A program made the translations under genes and the position numbers. Of a DNA stretch of 32,000 nt, positions 18,744 through 26,938 are shown piece after piece (position 1 is the first letter of the stretch; each line of letters begins with the position of its first letter). This DNA is from Mycolicibacterium smegmatis (GTDB lineage: Bacteria; Actinomycetota; Actinomycetes; Mycobacteriales; Mycobacteriaceae), in contig NZ_LN831039.1 in NCBI RefSeq assembly GCF_001457595.1, forward strand, positions 5,400,001-5,432,000, in the 5' to 3' direction. The notes beneath the pieces are model-generated. The model had not been told where the DNA came from. It did not search any database and saw only the letters and a list, made by a program, of their open reading frames with translations.

Positions 18744-19190
18744 TCAGGGACCGACTTTGTAGTGACTGCTGATCGCGATGCGGTTGAACGCGTTGATGGT
18801 CACCGCGAGCCACCTCAGCACAGCGACCTGCTGTGTGCTCAGCGCGGTCAGCAGTTCGGCATCCGAGGCCCGTGGCGGGTTCGAGATGTCGGTGATCTCC
18901 TCGGCGATCGCCAGCGCCGCGCGTTCCTCGTCGGTGAAGTAGGCGGTTTCCCGCCAGGCCGGGATCACGGCGATCCGGTCGGTGCTCTCGCCCTTGGCCA
19001 ACGCGTCACGCACGTGCATGCGCAGGCAGAACGCGCATCCGTTGATCTGTGACGCGCGGATCCGCACCAGTTCGACGGCCAGCGGACTGACGCCGGCATC
19101 GGCGGCGGCCTTCTCGCACTGCTCGTTGAGCGTGATCACCGACTTGTAGGCCTCGGGCAACGCGGTGTTGAGCGCCGGGCGACTGGACAT
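18744..19190 (-). CDS. Carboxymuconolactone decarboxylase / AhpD-like family protein
   Basis: LVRIRASQINGCAFCLRMHVRDALAKGES contains the CxxC-type AhpD motif. Followed by ETAYFTDEERAALAIAEEIT. Confidence 0.9.
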   Translation of the reverse strand: MSSRPALNTALPEAYKSVITLNEQCEKAAADAGVSPLAVELVRIRASQINGCAFCLRMHVRDALAKGESTDRIAVIPAWRETAYFTDEERAALAIAEEITDISNPPRASDAELLTALSTQQVAVLRWLAVTINAFNRIAISSHYKVGP

Positions 19191-19352
19191 GTGTTCCCTC
19201 CTGAACCGACCTGTTCTGACCTACCGGCGATCTCCAGCTGATCTCCACACAGCCTTCAAGCGCCCGGTCTCGCGTGACGACACGATCGACACATACCGAA
19301 AACGCCGAACGTTCGAGCCGATCATCCCGGCTCACCAACTCAAGGAGTCCAC

Positions 19353-19673
19353 ATGACGTCGACCAGGACACGCCAGGCCTTCGCGGCAGCGGGAGCAGGC
19401 GCGGCAGCGCTGAGCGCACTTCTCGCGTTCGCCACCCCGGCACACGCTGAGTCCGCCGCCCTGACCATCGGCCAGCTTGAGGCGCAGGGCTTCGATGTGC
19501 GGGTGGATCGTGTCGGAAGCGCACCGCTCGAGCAGTGCGTGGTCACGGGAATCCGCAATCCGCGCGAGCGCACCAGGATCGTGCGGTTCGACGGCCCGCG
19601 CGGTCGCGACCGGCTGGTTCCCGTGGTGGTGCAGCGCAGCATCACGGTGTCGCTCGACTGCTCACGGCGATGA
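19353..19673 (+). CDS. Small secreted hypothetical protein
   Basis: Signal peptide MTSTRTRQAFAAAGAGAAALSALLAFATPAHAES, about 106 aa, two Cys in the mature part. Confidence 0.7.
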   Translation: MTSTRTRQAFAAAGAGAAALSALLAFATPAHAESAALTIGQLEAQGFDVRVDRVGSAPLEQCVVTGIRNPRERTRIVRFDGPRGRDRLVPVVVQRSITVSLDCSRR

Positions 19674-19692
19674 TGGTGGTGCACAACGAAAA

Positions 19693-19716
19693 TGGGCGCC
19701 GGCGGCCCGGCGCCCA
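19693..19716 (-). terminator. Intrinsic terminator-like stem-loop between convergent genes
   Basis: TGGGCGCCGG-CGGC-CCGGCGCCCA. On the minus strand the stem is followed by TTTTCGTT. Confidence 0.75.
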
Positions 19717-19725
19717 CCTCGGCGT

Positions 19726-21066
19726 CTACTCCGCGCCGCCGCCGGAGCCACCGCCGTCGGATTCCGAACCACCCGACTTGGTCGAGGATTCTTGTTTGAC
19801 CGGCTTGGCCGGCTTGGCCTTCTTGCCACTCAGCCCGGCCACGGCATCCTTCACACCGTTCCTGACGTTCTTGATGGCGCCACGGATCCCGTTGCGGATG
19901 TCCTTGACCGCGTTGACCTTCTTCGGCTTGGCCACGGTGGAGGGCTTGGCCGGGGTCGTGATGGCTTCCTCGCTGTCGTCGGCCACCGGCTTGGCCTCGC
20001 TCGCGGCCGACGCCGACGCGGCGTCAGTCGCCGACGGTGCCTGCTTGGTCGAGGTGTCCGTGGCCGCAGCAGGGGCGTCCGTCGTCGCCTCCGCCGGCGT
20101 GGTGACTGCACCAGCGGCGGGTGTCTCGGGTCCCACGAGCGCCTTCGGCACATCCAGCGTCACCGAAGCCCTGGTCAGCGCAGCCGGCTCGGCCACGGCC
20201 GCCGTGCCGGCCGCCGTCTTGGCTGCGGTGGTCGCCGGGGCGATCGCGTCCGCCACCATGTCCCGCAGGGTGAGCAGTCCGGCGACCACGCCCTGCGGCC
20301 CGAGGAGACCGGCGCTGAACCCCGGCATCCCCGGGGCGCCGTTGAGCAGTGCGTAGGTGAAGTTCGGCCCGAGGTTGATCACCGCGTTCGCAACCTTCTC
20401 GAGGTCGCCGGTCTTGATCCCCGCGAACACGTCGTCACCGGCCGCGCCGACCGCGTCGGTGAGGTCGGTGAGCAACTGGACAGGCGCCAACAACGGGCCG
20501 AGGACGTTGTAGACCTCGGGTTCGGCGAGCAGATCGATGACCGACAACGTATTGGCGACGGGCTGGCGGATGGCGTTCTGCAAGCCGGCCCAGACGTCGG
20601 GATTGAACAGCAAGGTGTCGACCACACCGTTGACGACGGGCCCGAGGACGGTCTGCAGCACGGTCTCCAGCGCACCCGTGACGTCACCTGCGGAGAACTT
20701 CTCGACCGCGGACTGCAACTGTTCCGGGGTGTCGGCGAGTGCGGTGATGACGCTGGATGTGAACACCTCGGCGAACGTGGCCACCCCCGCGGCACTGTTC
20801 ACCTGGTTACGCACGATGTTCGACAGGATCGGCGCCGGAGCGGCGGCGATGCGTGCGGTCAGGGCCTCGGCGTTCTTGAGGGCTGCGGTGAACGCCGCGG
20901 CGTAGCCGTCGATGGGGTTGGCCAAAGCGGACAGGGCGACACCGGCCGACGACTGTGCGCGCTCGGTGATGTCCGGTGGCAACGGGGCCACCGGACTGAC
21001 CGCGATGACGCCTGCTCCTGCGAACGCCACGCCCGCAGTGAGGTAGGAGCGAACAGCTTGTTGCAT
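19726..21066 (-). CDS. Exported Ala-rich mycobacterial hypothetical protein with Lys-rich C-terminal tail
   Basis: Hydrophobic N-terminus MQQAVRSYLTAGVAFAGAGVIAVSPVAPLPP, Ala/Val-rich body, tail KPKKVNAVKDIRNGIRGAIKNVRNGVKDAVAGLSGKKAKPAKPVKQ. Start re-assigned to 21066. Confidence 0.7.
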   Translation of the reverse strand: MQQAVRSYLTAGVAFAGAGVIAVSPVAPLPPDITERAQSSAGVALSALANPIDGYAAAFTAALKNAEALTARIAAAPAPILSNIVRNQVNSAAGVATFAEVFTSSVITALADTPEQLQSAVEKFSAGDVTGALETVLQTVLGPVVNGVVDTLLFNPDVWAGLQNAIRQPVANTLSVIDLLAEPEVYNVLGPLLAPVQLLTDLTDAVGAAGDDVFAGIKTGDLEKVANAVINLGPNFTYALLNGAPGMPGFSAGLLGPQGVVAGLLTLRDMVADAIAPATTAAKTAAGTAAVAEPAALTRASVTLDVPKALVGPETPAAGAVTTPAEATTDAPAAATDTSTKQAPSATDAASASAASEAKPVADDSEEAITTPAKPSTVAKPKKVNAVKDIRNGIRGAIKNVRNGVKDAVAGLSGKKAKPAKPVKQESSTKSGGSESDGGGSGGGAE

Positions 21067-21550
21067 CGATTCTCCTTTTGCTGAGTGAAACCCCCGGGCG
21101 GAGAACTTACTCCCAAGTAGGTTTTTCGCAAAGGAAAATTGCAAGTCACGAAGCACGTTTCATGATCAGCGTCTACGCCAGCGGAACATAGGGAAGCAAT
21201 TCGAAGTTAGCTGCTGCACATGCGGGCGCAACCATTCCGCAACGCCCTTGAGGCAATTTCCACCGAGCCACCCGGCAACGTCGCGCCAGACCGGACCGTG
21301 CGATGCCACGCGGTTGCACGGGAGGCCGGGTCCCGCTTCTTACTCCTGAGTAAGTTCTGCGACTATGGTGTGGCGCACGTTGCGGGTATGACTATGAACC
21401 GCCTCACATTCATCGGTTCCAGCTAACTGCGTCACCCCCACGAACATGGGACCGCCAGCAACGTCCGTTGTACAAATTGGCGATCTTGTCCAATTCGCTG
21501 GCGCATTCAGTCGATCTGTAAAGCGCGGATTCCGTCGCATCCAGGACGCG

Positions 21551-22348
21551 TCACCACCCGTCAGTGCGGTTCAGCACGGAGCCACCGTCGAAGCGTCCCG
21601 TCCTGAGCAAGGTCGGGAAGTGCGCGACGCCGAACAGCGGGTCGTGGGCCGGTTCGCCGCACACGCGAGCGCCGAGGCGCAGGTATCCGCGCACCAGCGC
21701 GGGTACCGGCGAGTCCGACACCGCTGCAGTGTCCAGGGGCATGTCATCGAGGGGCACGCCGTCGATCACCACAGGCCGGTACGGGTGCACTGCGTAGCAG
21801 TCCGGCGTCGCGAAGTCGCGACGCATGAAGTCGCGCACCGCACGCACCTGGGCGCCGGGAACGCTGCCCAGCGGATGCGTCGGCACCGTGATGCAGCCGA
21901 AGAGGTGGTCGTAGCCATATCGATCGGCGTAGTCGAGGATGGCCGACCACATCATCATCAGGACAGCGCCGTTGCGGTGATCGGCCCGCACCACGGCGTG
22001 CCCCCATTCGAGCAGGGACAGCCGGAGCGGGTCGAGAGCCGTGAGGTCGAAGGATTTCGCGGCGTACAGACCCCCGGTGGCGAACACGCCGCCGGTCGGC
22101 AGGATCCGGGCACAGCCCACCAGTTCCTCGGTGCGGTTGTCACGCACCAACACGTGTACGCAGTGGTCGTCGAAACTGTCGGCGTCGAATCCGGTTCCGG
22201 CGGCGGTGTATCCGCACTCGTCGGTGAGCACTTCACGGCGCAGCCGTTGCCCGGCCTCGATGAGTTCGGTGTCGGTGGACAGCAGCACGCTGTAGCGCGG
22301 CGCGACCGTCAGGGGTTCCGCCTGAACCTGAACGTAGGTGGTGGCCAT
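21551..22348 (-). CDS. OlsB/FeeM-like GNAT-fold N-acyltransferase
   Basis: YSVLLSTDTELIEAGQRLRREVLTDECGY...FDDHCVHVLVRDNRTEELVGCARIL...LLEWGHAVVRADHRNGAVLMMMWSAILDYADRYGYDHLFGCITVP resembles Acetyltransf_5 proteins. Confidence 0.75.
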   Translation of the reverse strand: MATTYVQVQAEPLTVAPRYSVLLSTDTELIEAGQRLRREVLTDECGYTAAGTGFDADSFDDHCVHVLVRDNRTEELVGCARILPTGGVFATGGLYAAKSFDLTALDPLRLSLLEWGHAVVRADHRNGAVLMMMWSAILDYADRYGYDHLFGCITVPTHPLGSVPGAQVRAVRDFMRRDFATPDCYAVHPYRPVVIDGVPLDDMPLDTAAVSDSPVPALVRGYLRLGARVCGEPAHDPLFGVAHFPTLLRTGRFDGGSVLNRTDGW

Positions 22349-22440
22349 CGCGATCCTCCTGTCGAACGAACAATCAACCTGGAATCACAGTGGCGCACAA
22401 TGAACTCCATGACAGTCGGTCGATCGGCGGGGAGAACGGA

Positions 22441-22478
22441 TGAATCCGGTGTCCCCTGTTCGGGGGACACCGGATTCA
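22441..22478 (-). terminator. Strong stem-loop between the two acyltransferase paralogs
   Basis: TGAATCCGGTGTCCCC-TGTTCG-GGGGACACCGGATTCA, perfect 16-bp stem and 6-nt loop. Overlaps the stop codon of the upstream gene (22476-22478). Confidence 0.75.
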
Positions 22479-23177
22479 CGACGGACGCAGGAACTGAAGC
22501 ATCGGGAAGTGCGCGACCCCGAACTCGGGGTCATACGCCGGGTCACCACACAGCCTGGCGCCGAGGCGAACCTGCGCGGCCAGCGGTTCGGGCAGCGTGC
22601 ACTGTGGTTCGTGTCCGGGCAGGTGCAGCGCATCGTGTACCACGGGCCGGTACGGGCGCACGGTGTAGCGGCCGGGCGCCGCGTGCTCGCGCCTCAGCAG
22701 GTTGCGCATCGCGCGGACCTCGCCGGCGGGGTGCAGCGGCATCGGGACACTGCCCACGAGGTGTGCGTAGCCGTGCTGCTCGGCGTACCCGAGCACTCCC
22801 GACCACAAGGCGAGCGCGGCCCGGCTGTTGCGGTGTCCGGGACGGATCACCGCCCGGCTGAATTCGAGGGCGGCCGGCCGCAACGGATCGAGCGCCGAGA
22901 CATCGAATGCCGTTGCGAGATAGAGCCCTCCGGCGTCGGTCGCGCCGTCGTGGGGCAGAATCCGGCAGCTGCCCACCAGCTCGCCCGAGGCGTCGTCACG
23001 CACCAGGACATGTAGACAGTGTTCGTCGAAGCGGTCACCGTCGAGCGCCGGCGCGGGAAGGCCGTGTCCGGCGAGCGCCTCGTGACGCAGCCGCAGCGCG
23101 TCCTCGACCACCTCCGATGACAGCCGCACGCTGTAGCTCGCAGGCTCGTGGCCGGTGCGGACCGCGTTGATGCTCAT
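22476..23177 (-). CDS. OlsB/FeeM-like GNAT-fold N-acyltransferase, second paralog
   Basis: YSVRLSSEVVEDALRLRHEALAGHG...FDEHCLHVLVRDDASGELVGSCRILP...ALEFSRAVIRPGHRNSRAALALWSGVLGYAEQHGYAHLVGSVPMP aligns with the 21551..22348 product along its length. Start MSINAV at 23177. Confidence 0.75.
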   Translation of the reverse strand: MSINAVRTGHEPASYSVRLSSEVVEDALRLRHEALAGHGLPAPALDGDRFDEHCLHVLVRDDASGELVGSCRILPHDGATDAGGLYLATAFDVSALDPLRPAALEFSRAVIRPGHRNSRAALALWSGVLGYAEQHGYAHLVGSVPMPLHPAGEVRAMRNLLRREHAAPGRYTVRPYRPVVHDALHLPGHEPQCTLPEPLAAQVRLGARLCGDPAYDPEFGVAHFPMLQFLRPS

Positions 23178-23285
23178 GAGACCCCCGTTCGTCAGACCGA
23201 TCGGCCTGACATGACTGTGACGCACGGGGGCGTCGATTTCTGTCGGCCGATCGGCGTCACAACGGGAGGAAGTGCTGTCCCCCGG

Positions 23286-23609
23286 TCAGTCGATCCGGAT
23301 GACGTATGTGCCGTCCTCGTCGCGCTCGATCTCGTTCTCGAGCGCGTTGACCCATACCGGGGTGTCGCGTCGCGACCCGAGGAACGCGCCGATCACGGCG
23401 CCGCCGGGCTGCAGATCGACATTCCACTCGTCGGCTTGGGCGACGATGGTGACGATCTCCTCGCCGTTGGCGCGGCGGATCGAGATCACCTGGCCGTTGG
23501 CTTCCTCGTCGTCGAGTTCGGCTTCGTAATCGTCCAACTCGATGTCGTCTGCGTTCTCAGCATCCAGTCCCGCGGAATCCTCATGCACGCCGAAGACTGT
23601 ACTCAGCAT
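23286..23609 (-). CDS. Small acidic hypothetical protein
   Basis: 107 aa, DAENADDIELDDYEAELDDEEANGQVISIRRANGEEIVTIVAQADEWNVDLQPGG. Composition looks like real mycobacterial coding sequence. Confidence 0.65.
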   Translation of the reverse strand: MLSTVFGVHEDSAGLDAENADDIELDDYEAELDDEEANGQVISIRRANGEEIVTIVAQADEWNVDLQPGGAVIGAFLGSRRDTPVWVNALENEIERDEDGTYVIRID

Positions 23610-23849
23610 CCACAGGGGCTACCTGCCACGTGTTCCAAGTTGCCGCAGATCGACGCCTGAGACACGGCACAGCATCTCCGAGAAGATTTGCCCGCCCGGC
23701 CAATTCACGCGTCCACCAGCATCAAGATCAGCGTCGTGGATAGCTGCCCATAGAGGTAGTGCACTACGCGCGAATCAAACGGCCCGTCCCCATAGTTTTT
23801 CCTTCTGTAAGCGTCATCCACCCCCGGGCGCAAACGAAAGAAGTCCGAC

Positions 23850-24173
23850 ATGAGCAAGCACCCCGTGCCGTCCATGCCCGCTGTGCCGTGTGCGCGTGCC
23901 GCACGGCGCCCGCACCCGGTCCATCGGGACCGCCCGCCCAACATCGACGGCCCCGTTCTGATCACCCCGCAGCAGGTGCTGTTCAGCACCGCTGCTGCCG
24001 CAGGCCGGCCGACGCGCCGCCTCGGGTTCCTGTGGCGGGTGGCGTCGGCCCCATCGCGTCTGGTGTCGCGAACCCGGACGTGGACCGCGGCCCGGCGCGA
24101 GCGCCACAGGCCCCACGTACGACTGGGTTTCATGGAGGAGGCGGCGATGTCACGGGAGATGGACCGGCTGTAG
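23850..24173 (+). CDS. Hypothetical protein
   Basis: 107 aa ORF, ATG preceded by AGAAG; PNIDGPVLITPQQVLFSTAAAAGRPTRRLGFLWRV looks plausible. Coding status uncertain. Confidence 0.45.
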   Translation: MSKHPVPSMPAVPCARAARRPHPVHRDRPPNIDGPVLITPQQVLFSTAAAAGRPTRRLGFLWRVASAPSRLVSRTRTWTAARRERHRPHVRLGFMEEAAMSREMDRL

Positions 24174-24504
24174 CTGTTCACAACCGAACGATGAATAGCC
24201 GGTCAAACCAACAGCTTTGGCTGCGGATTCGTGCTCCCGGTCACATTTCCGGGCTACGGGGCACGACACGCCGGGGCCGAAGTCGCACTGCGTCCCGCGT
24301 CACATGCCCCCGTGCCCTACGGTGTGCTGCGTGAACCGCCCCGAATCCGCCCGGCACATCAGGAATATGGCAAGGCGATCCTGACTTATGACCCCAAAGC
24401 GGGTCGTCACACGTTATTTGACAGAAGACGTTTATGTACCAACGAGACAGGGAACAATGGGCGCTCCGGCGACGTTGCCCTAGCACCGGCCTAAGAAAGG
24501 AAGG

Positions 24505-24804
24505 ATGACCATGGCTACCGATTACGACGCGCCTCGTACCAAAGAGGTCGACGAGGTTGCCGACGAGTCACTCGAAGACCTTGCCGCCCGACGCGCGTCC
24601 GCCGACACTGCGGTGATCGACGAGGACGAGGTCGTCGACTCATTCGACCTCCCCGACGTGGACCTCACCGGTGAGGAACTCACAGTCCGGGTGGTCCCCA
24701 AGCAGCAGGACGAGTTCACCTGCTCCAGCTGCTTCCTGGTGCAGCACCAGAACCGTCTGGCTCTGCAACGCGGCAACGAGCAGATCTGCGTCGACTGCGT
24801 CTGA
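24505..24804 (+). CDS. DUF4193 family protein
   Basis: VDEVADESLEDLAARRASADTAVIDEDEVVDSFDLPDVDLTGEELTVRVVPKQQDEFTCSSCFLVQHQNRLA...ICVDC with CxxC pairs. RBS AAAGGAAGG. Confidence 0.85.
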   Translation: MTMATDYDAPRTKEVDEVADESLEDLAARRASADTAVIDEDEVVDSFDLPDVDLTGEELTVRVVPKQQDEFTCSSCFLVQHQNRLALQRGNEQICVDCV

Positions 24805-24862
24805 ACAGCATCTGAGAAGACACCGGTCGTCGAGGCCGGACCCGGCGAGGGCCGACTGAACG

Positions 24863-25603
24863 TCACACTTCGCGCTGGGCCGGTTCTCGTAGGCCGGTGT
24901 CTTCTTCTGTGTCCGCCGCAGCCGACGAGCGCCGCAGCACCTGCGGGCGCAACCGCTCCGGCAGCGCGAACACCATCGCGGCCAGTGCGGCGACGATGCC
25001 CAGCGAGGCCGCCACGAGCAGCAGAGCCGGCGCGTGCCAGATGTTCTCCAGCAGCATGAAGAAGCCGAACCCGAGGAAAAGCACCGCCGCGGCGATCTGG
25101 ATCATCCGCTCGGGCAGATGCTTGCCGGCGATGGCCCCGACCACGATGGCCAGCGCGTCGGCGGCCACCATGCCGATGGTCGACCCGATCCACACCCCCA
25201 CCCAGTCGTTGTCAGCTGCCAGGGTGATGGTCGCGAGCATCGTCTTGTCGCCGAGCTCGGCCAGCAGGAACGCCGAGGTGACCGCGAAGAACGCCGGCGC
25301 GCTCGTGCGTTGGGCCCGGGTGGCCTCGTCCTCGGAGAGGCGGTCGCCGCGCAGCGTCCACAGCCCGAAGAACACGAACGCGACGCCCGCGACGATGCCC
25401 AGCAGATGGGTCGGTAGCGCGGCTCCCAGGTAATGGCCGACCGCGACAGAGATGAGGTGGACGGCCGTGGTCGCGAGCGTGATGCCGCCGAGGACAACCC
25501 ACCAGCGGTAACGCAATGCAAAGGTCATCGCCATGAGCTGCGATTTGTCCCCGAGCTCGGCGATGAAGATGACTCCGAAGCTCAGCGCCAGCGCGGCCAG
25601 CAT
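24863..25603 (-). CDS. GDT1/TMEM165/UPF0016 family (Mn2+ exporter-like) membrane protein
   Basis: Two E-x-G-D-K-S/T motifs: FIAELGDKSQLMAMTFALR and LLAELGDKTMLATITLA. RBS GAAGGAG. Confidence 0.92.
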   Translation of the reverse strand: MLAALALSFGVIFIAELGDKSQLMAMTFALRYRWWVVLGGITLATTAVHLISVAVGHYLGAALPTHLLGIVAGVAFVFFGLWTLRGDRLSEDEATRAQRTSAPAFFAVTSAFLLAELGDKTMLATITLAADNDWVGVWIGSTIGMVAADALAIVVGAIAGKHLPERMIQIAAAVLFLGFGFFMLLENIWHAPALLLVAASLGIVAALAAMVFALPERLRPQVLRRSSAAADTEEDTGLREPAQREV

Positions 25604-25676
25604 GAGGCTCCTTCTTCTGGGGCTGCCCGGGCGGAAAGCAGATGCCTCCGACCGGCAGCCTGACGGCTGTTACGGC

Positions 25677-25790
25677 CGAAGGTCTCGCTCGCCGAATGAA
25701 TTCGGTGATTGGCCGGGCGCCGCGTTGCGCCAGTATGTCGACCAACCGCATCCGCCACCGGATGTGACGGGCAGGAACTACTCCCCTTCG
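25677..25790 (-). promoter_or_regulatory. yybP-ykoY (manganese) riboswitch
   Basis: Minus strand CGAAGGGGAGTAG...GACATACTG...GAGCGAGACCTTCG. Conserved GGGGAGUAG and AGACCUU elements are brought together by a perfect CGAAGG/CCTTCG P1 stem, directly upstream of the GDT1-family gene. Confidence 0.88.
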
Positions 25791-25936
25791 CAACGGCCAG
25801 ACTACCCACGCTCGGCGCGAGCAGCAACTTGTTTAGTGGTTCAAATTCATCGCGCGGGGATGACAAGTTTGCTGCTCAGAGCCATCAAATGTAAATGTTC
25901 GGGTAACCGATACTTTCAGTGTGGCAACCCTTGCGC

Positions 25937-26938
25937 CTAAGCGGTCCGATTACGCGCCGACTCCTGCCAGGCGCGGGCCGCGACGAGTTCGGGTATCAGC
26001 ACCTCGGTCAGCAGGCGCACGAGATCACCGGCGTCGTCATCTGTGTCGCCCGGGTAGCGCACCGTGAACTGCGCGCTGGGGACGTCGCCACCGACGGCCA
26101 CCACCGTGGTCTTCCGCATCGTCGTCCACTCGGCGAGTTGCTGTTCCCATGGGGATCCCGCGAACACGAGCAGGCGGTAGTCGGTGGTCTTGGTCAGGTA
26201 CACGTCGACGTGGCTCCAGTCGCCGGTCTCGCAGCCCACCGCGGGCAGACGGGGACATTCGCGCAGCATCAGGGCACCCTGTTGAGCAGACGAGAACCGG
26301 TGGGCCGGGGCTGCGAGGTGTGTGCCCGCCGGACCGAGCAGTAGGTCGGCGACGCGTGGGCGCCACGAGTCCTCGGTGTCGAGCAGGTGTGCGCTGGCGG
26401 TTGCCGACGCGGCCACCGCCCCGGCGAGCGCCGAGGTGTCACCACCGGACAACTGCTCCTCGAGGGCGATGAGCATCGCGACGGTGTGCTGGTAGGTGCG
26501 GCAGGCGACGCCGCCCTCCTCCGGATCGGCCGCGAGGTCGACGACTGCGCCGCACCGTTGCGCGAGCGCCGAACCCGGCGTGTTCGTGAGGGCGACGAAG
26601 GTCGCGGACGGGTTGGCTGCCTGCATGCGCTCGAGCGCGTCGAGGGTTTCCACCGATCCGCCCGTCGCCGAGGTCGCGACCACCAGGGCGCCAGCGCCCC
26701 AGCGCGGCAGCAGTGACGACGACGCGAGATCGGACACCGCGACCAGGCCGCGGGCCCGCATGCGTGCGGCGGCCACGCCACCGGCGTAGGCCGACGACCC
26801 CATGCCGATCAGCACCACCCGCTCGATGCCCGGCGGGACCACGTCGGCCCACGGATTGCCGGCGGCGAGGCTGGTCGCGAGCCGGCTGAGGACGGCCGGT
26901 TTACGTTCCAGATCGGCGACGAACGCGTCGGGGTTCAC
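25937..26938 (-). CDS. SIS-domain phosphosugar isomerase/deaminase-like protein (GlmS C-terminal-like)
   Basis: RVVLIGMGSSAYAGGVAAARMRARG, LVVATSATGGSVETLDALE, FVALTNTPGSALAQRCGAVVDLAADPEEGGVACRTYQHTVAM. Confidence 0.85.
   Translation of the reverse strand: MNPDAFVADLERKPAVLSRLATSLAAGNPWADVVPPGIERVVLIGMGSSAYAGGVAAARMRARGLVAVSDLASSSLLPRWGAGALVVATSATGGSVETLDALERMQAANPSATFVALTNTPGSALAQRCGAVVDLAADPEEGGVACRTYQHTVAMLIALEEQLSGGDTSALAGAVAASATASAHLLDTEDSWRPRVADLLLGPAGTHLAAPAHRFSSAQQGALMLRECPRLPAVGCETGDWSHVDVYLTKTTDYRLLVFAGSPWEQQLAEWTTMRKTTVVAVGGDVPSAQFTVRYPGDTDDDAGDLVRLLTEVLIPELVAARAWQESARNRTA

Noticed and set aside
19477-21084. 535-aa plus-strand ORF antisense to the exported Ala-rich protein
   Set aside because: Arg/Gly-rich mirror ORF in GC-rich DNA without domain or signal features; the minus-strand ORF has an exported-protein N-terminus.
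23759-24334. 191-aa ORF overlapping 23850..24173
   Set aside because: Composition looks frame-shifted; the 107-aa ORF in the other frame has better start context and more protein-like sequence.
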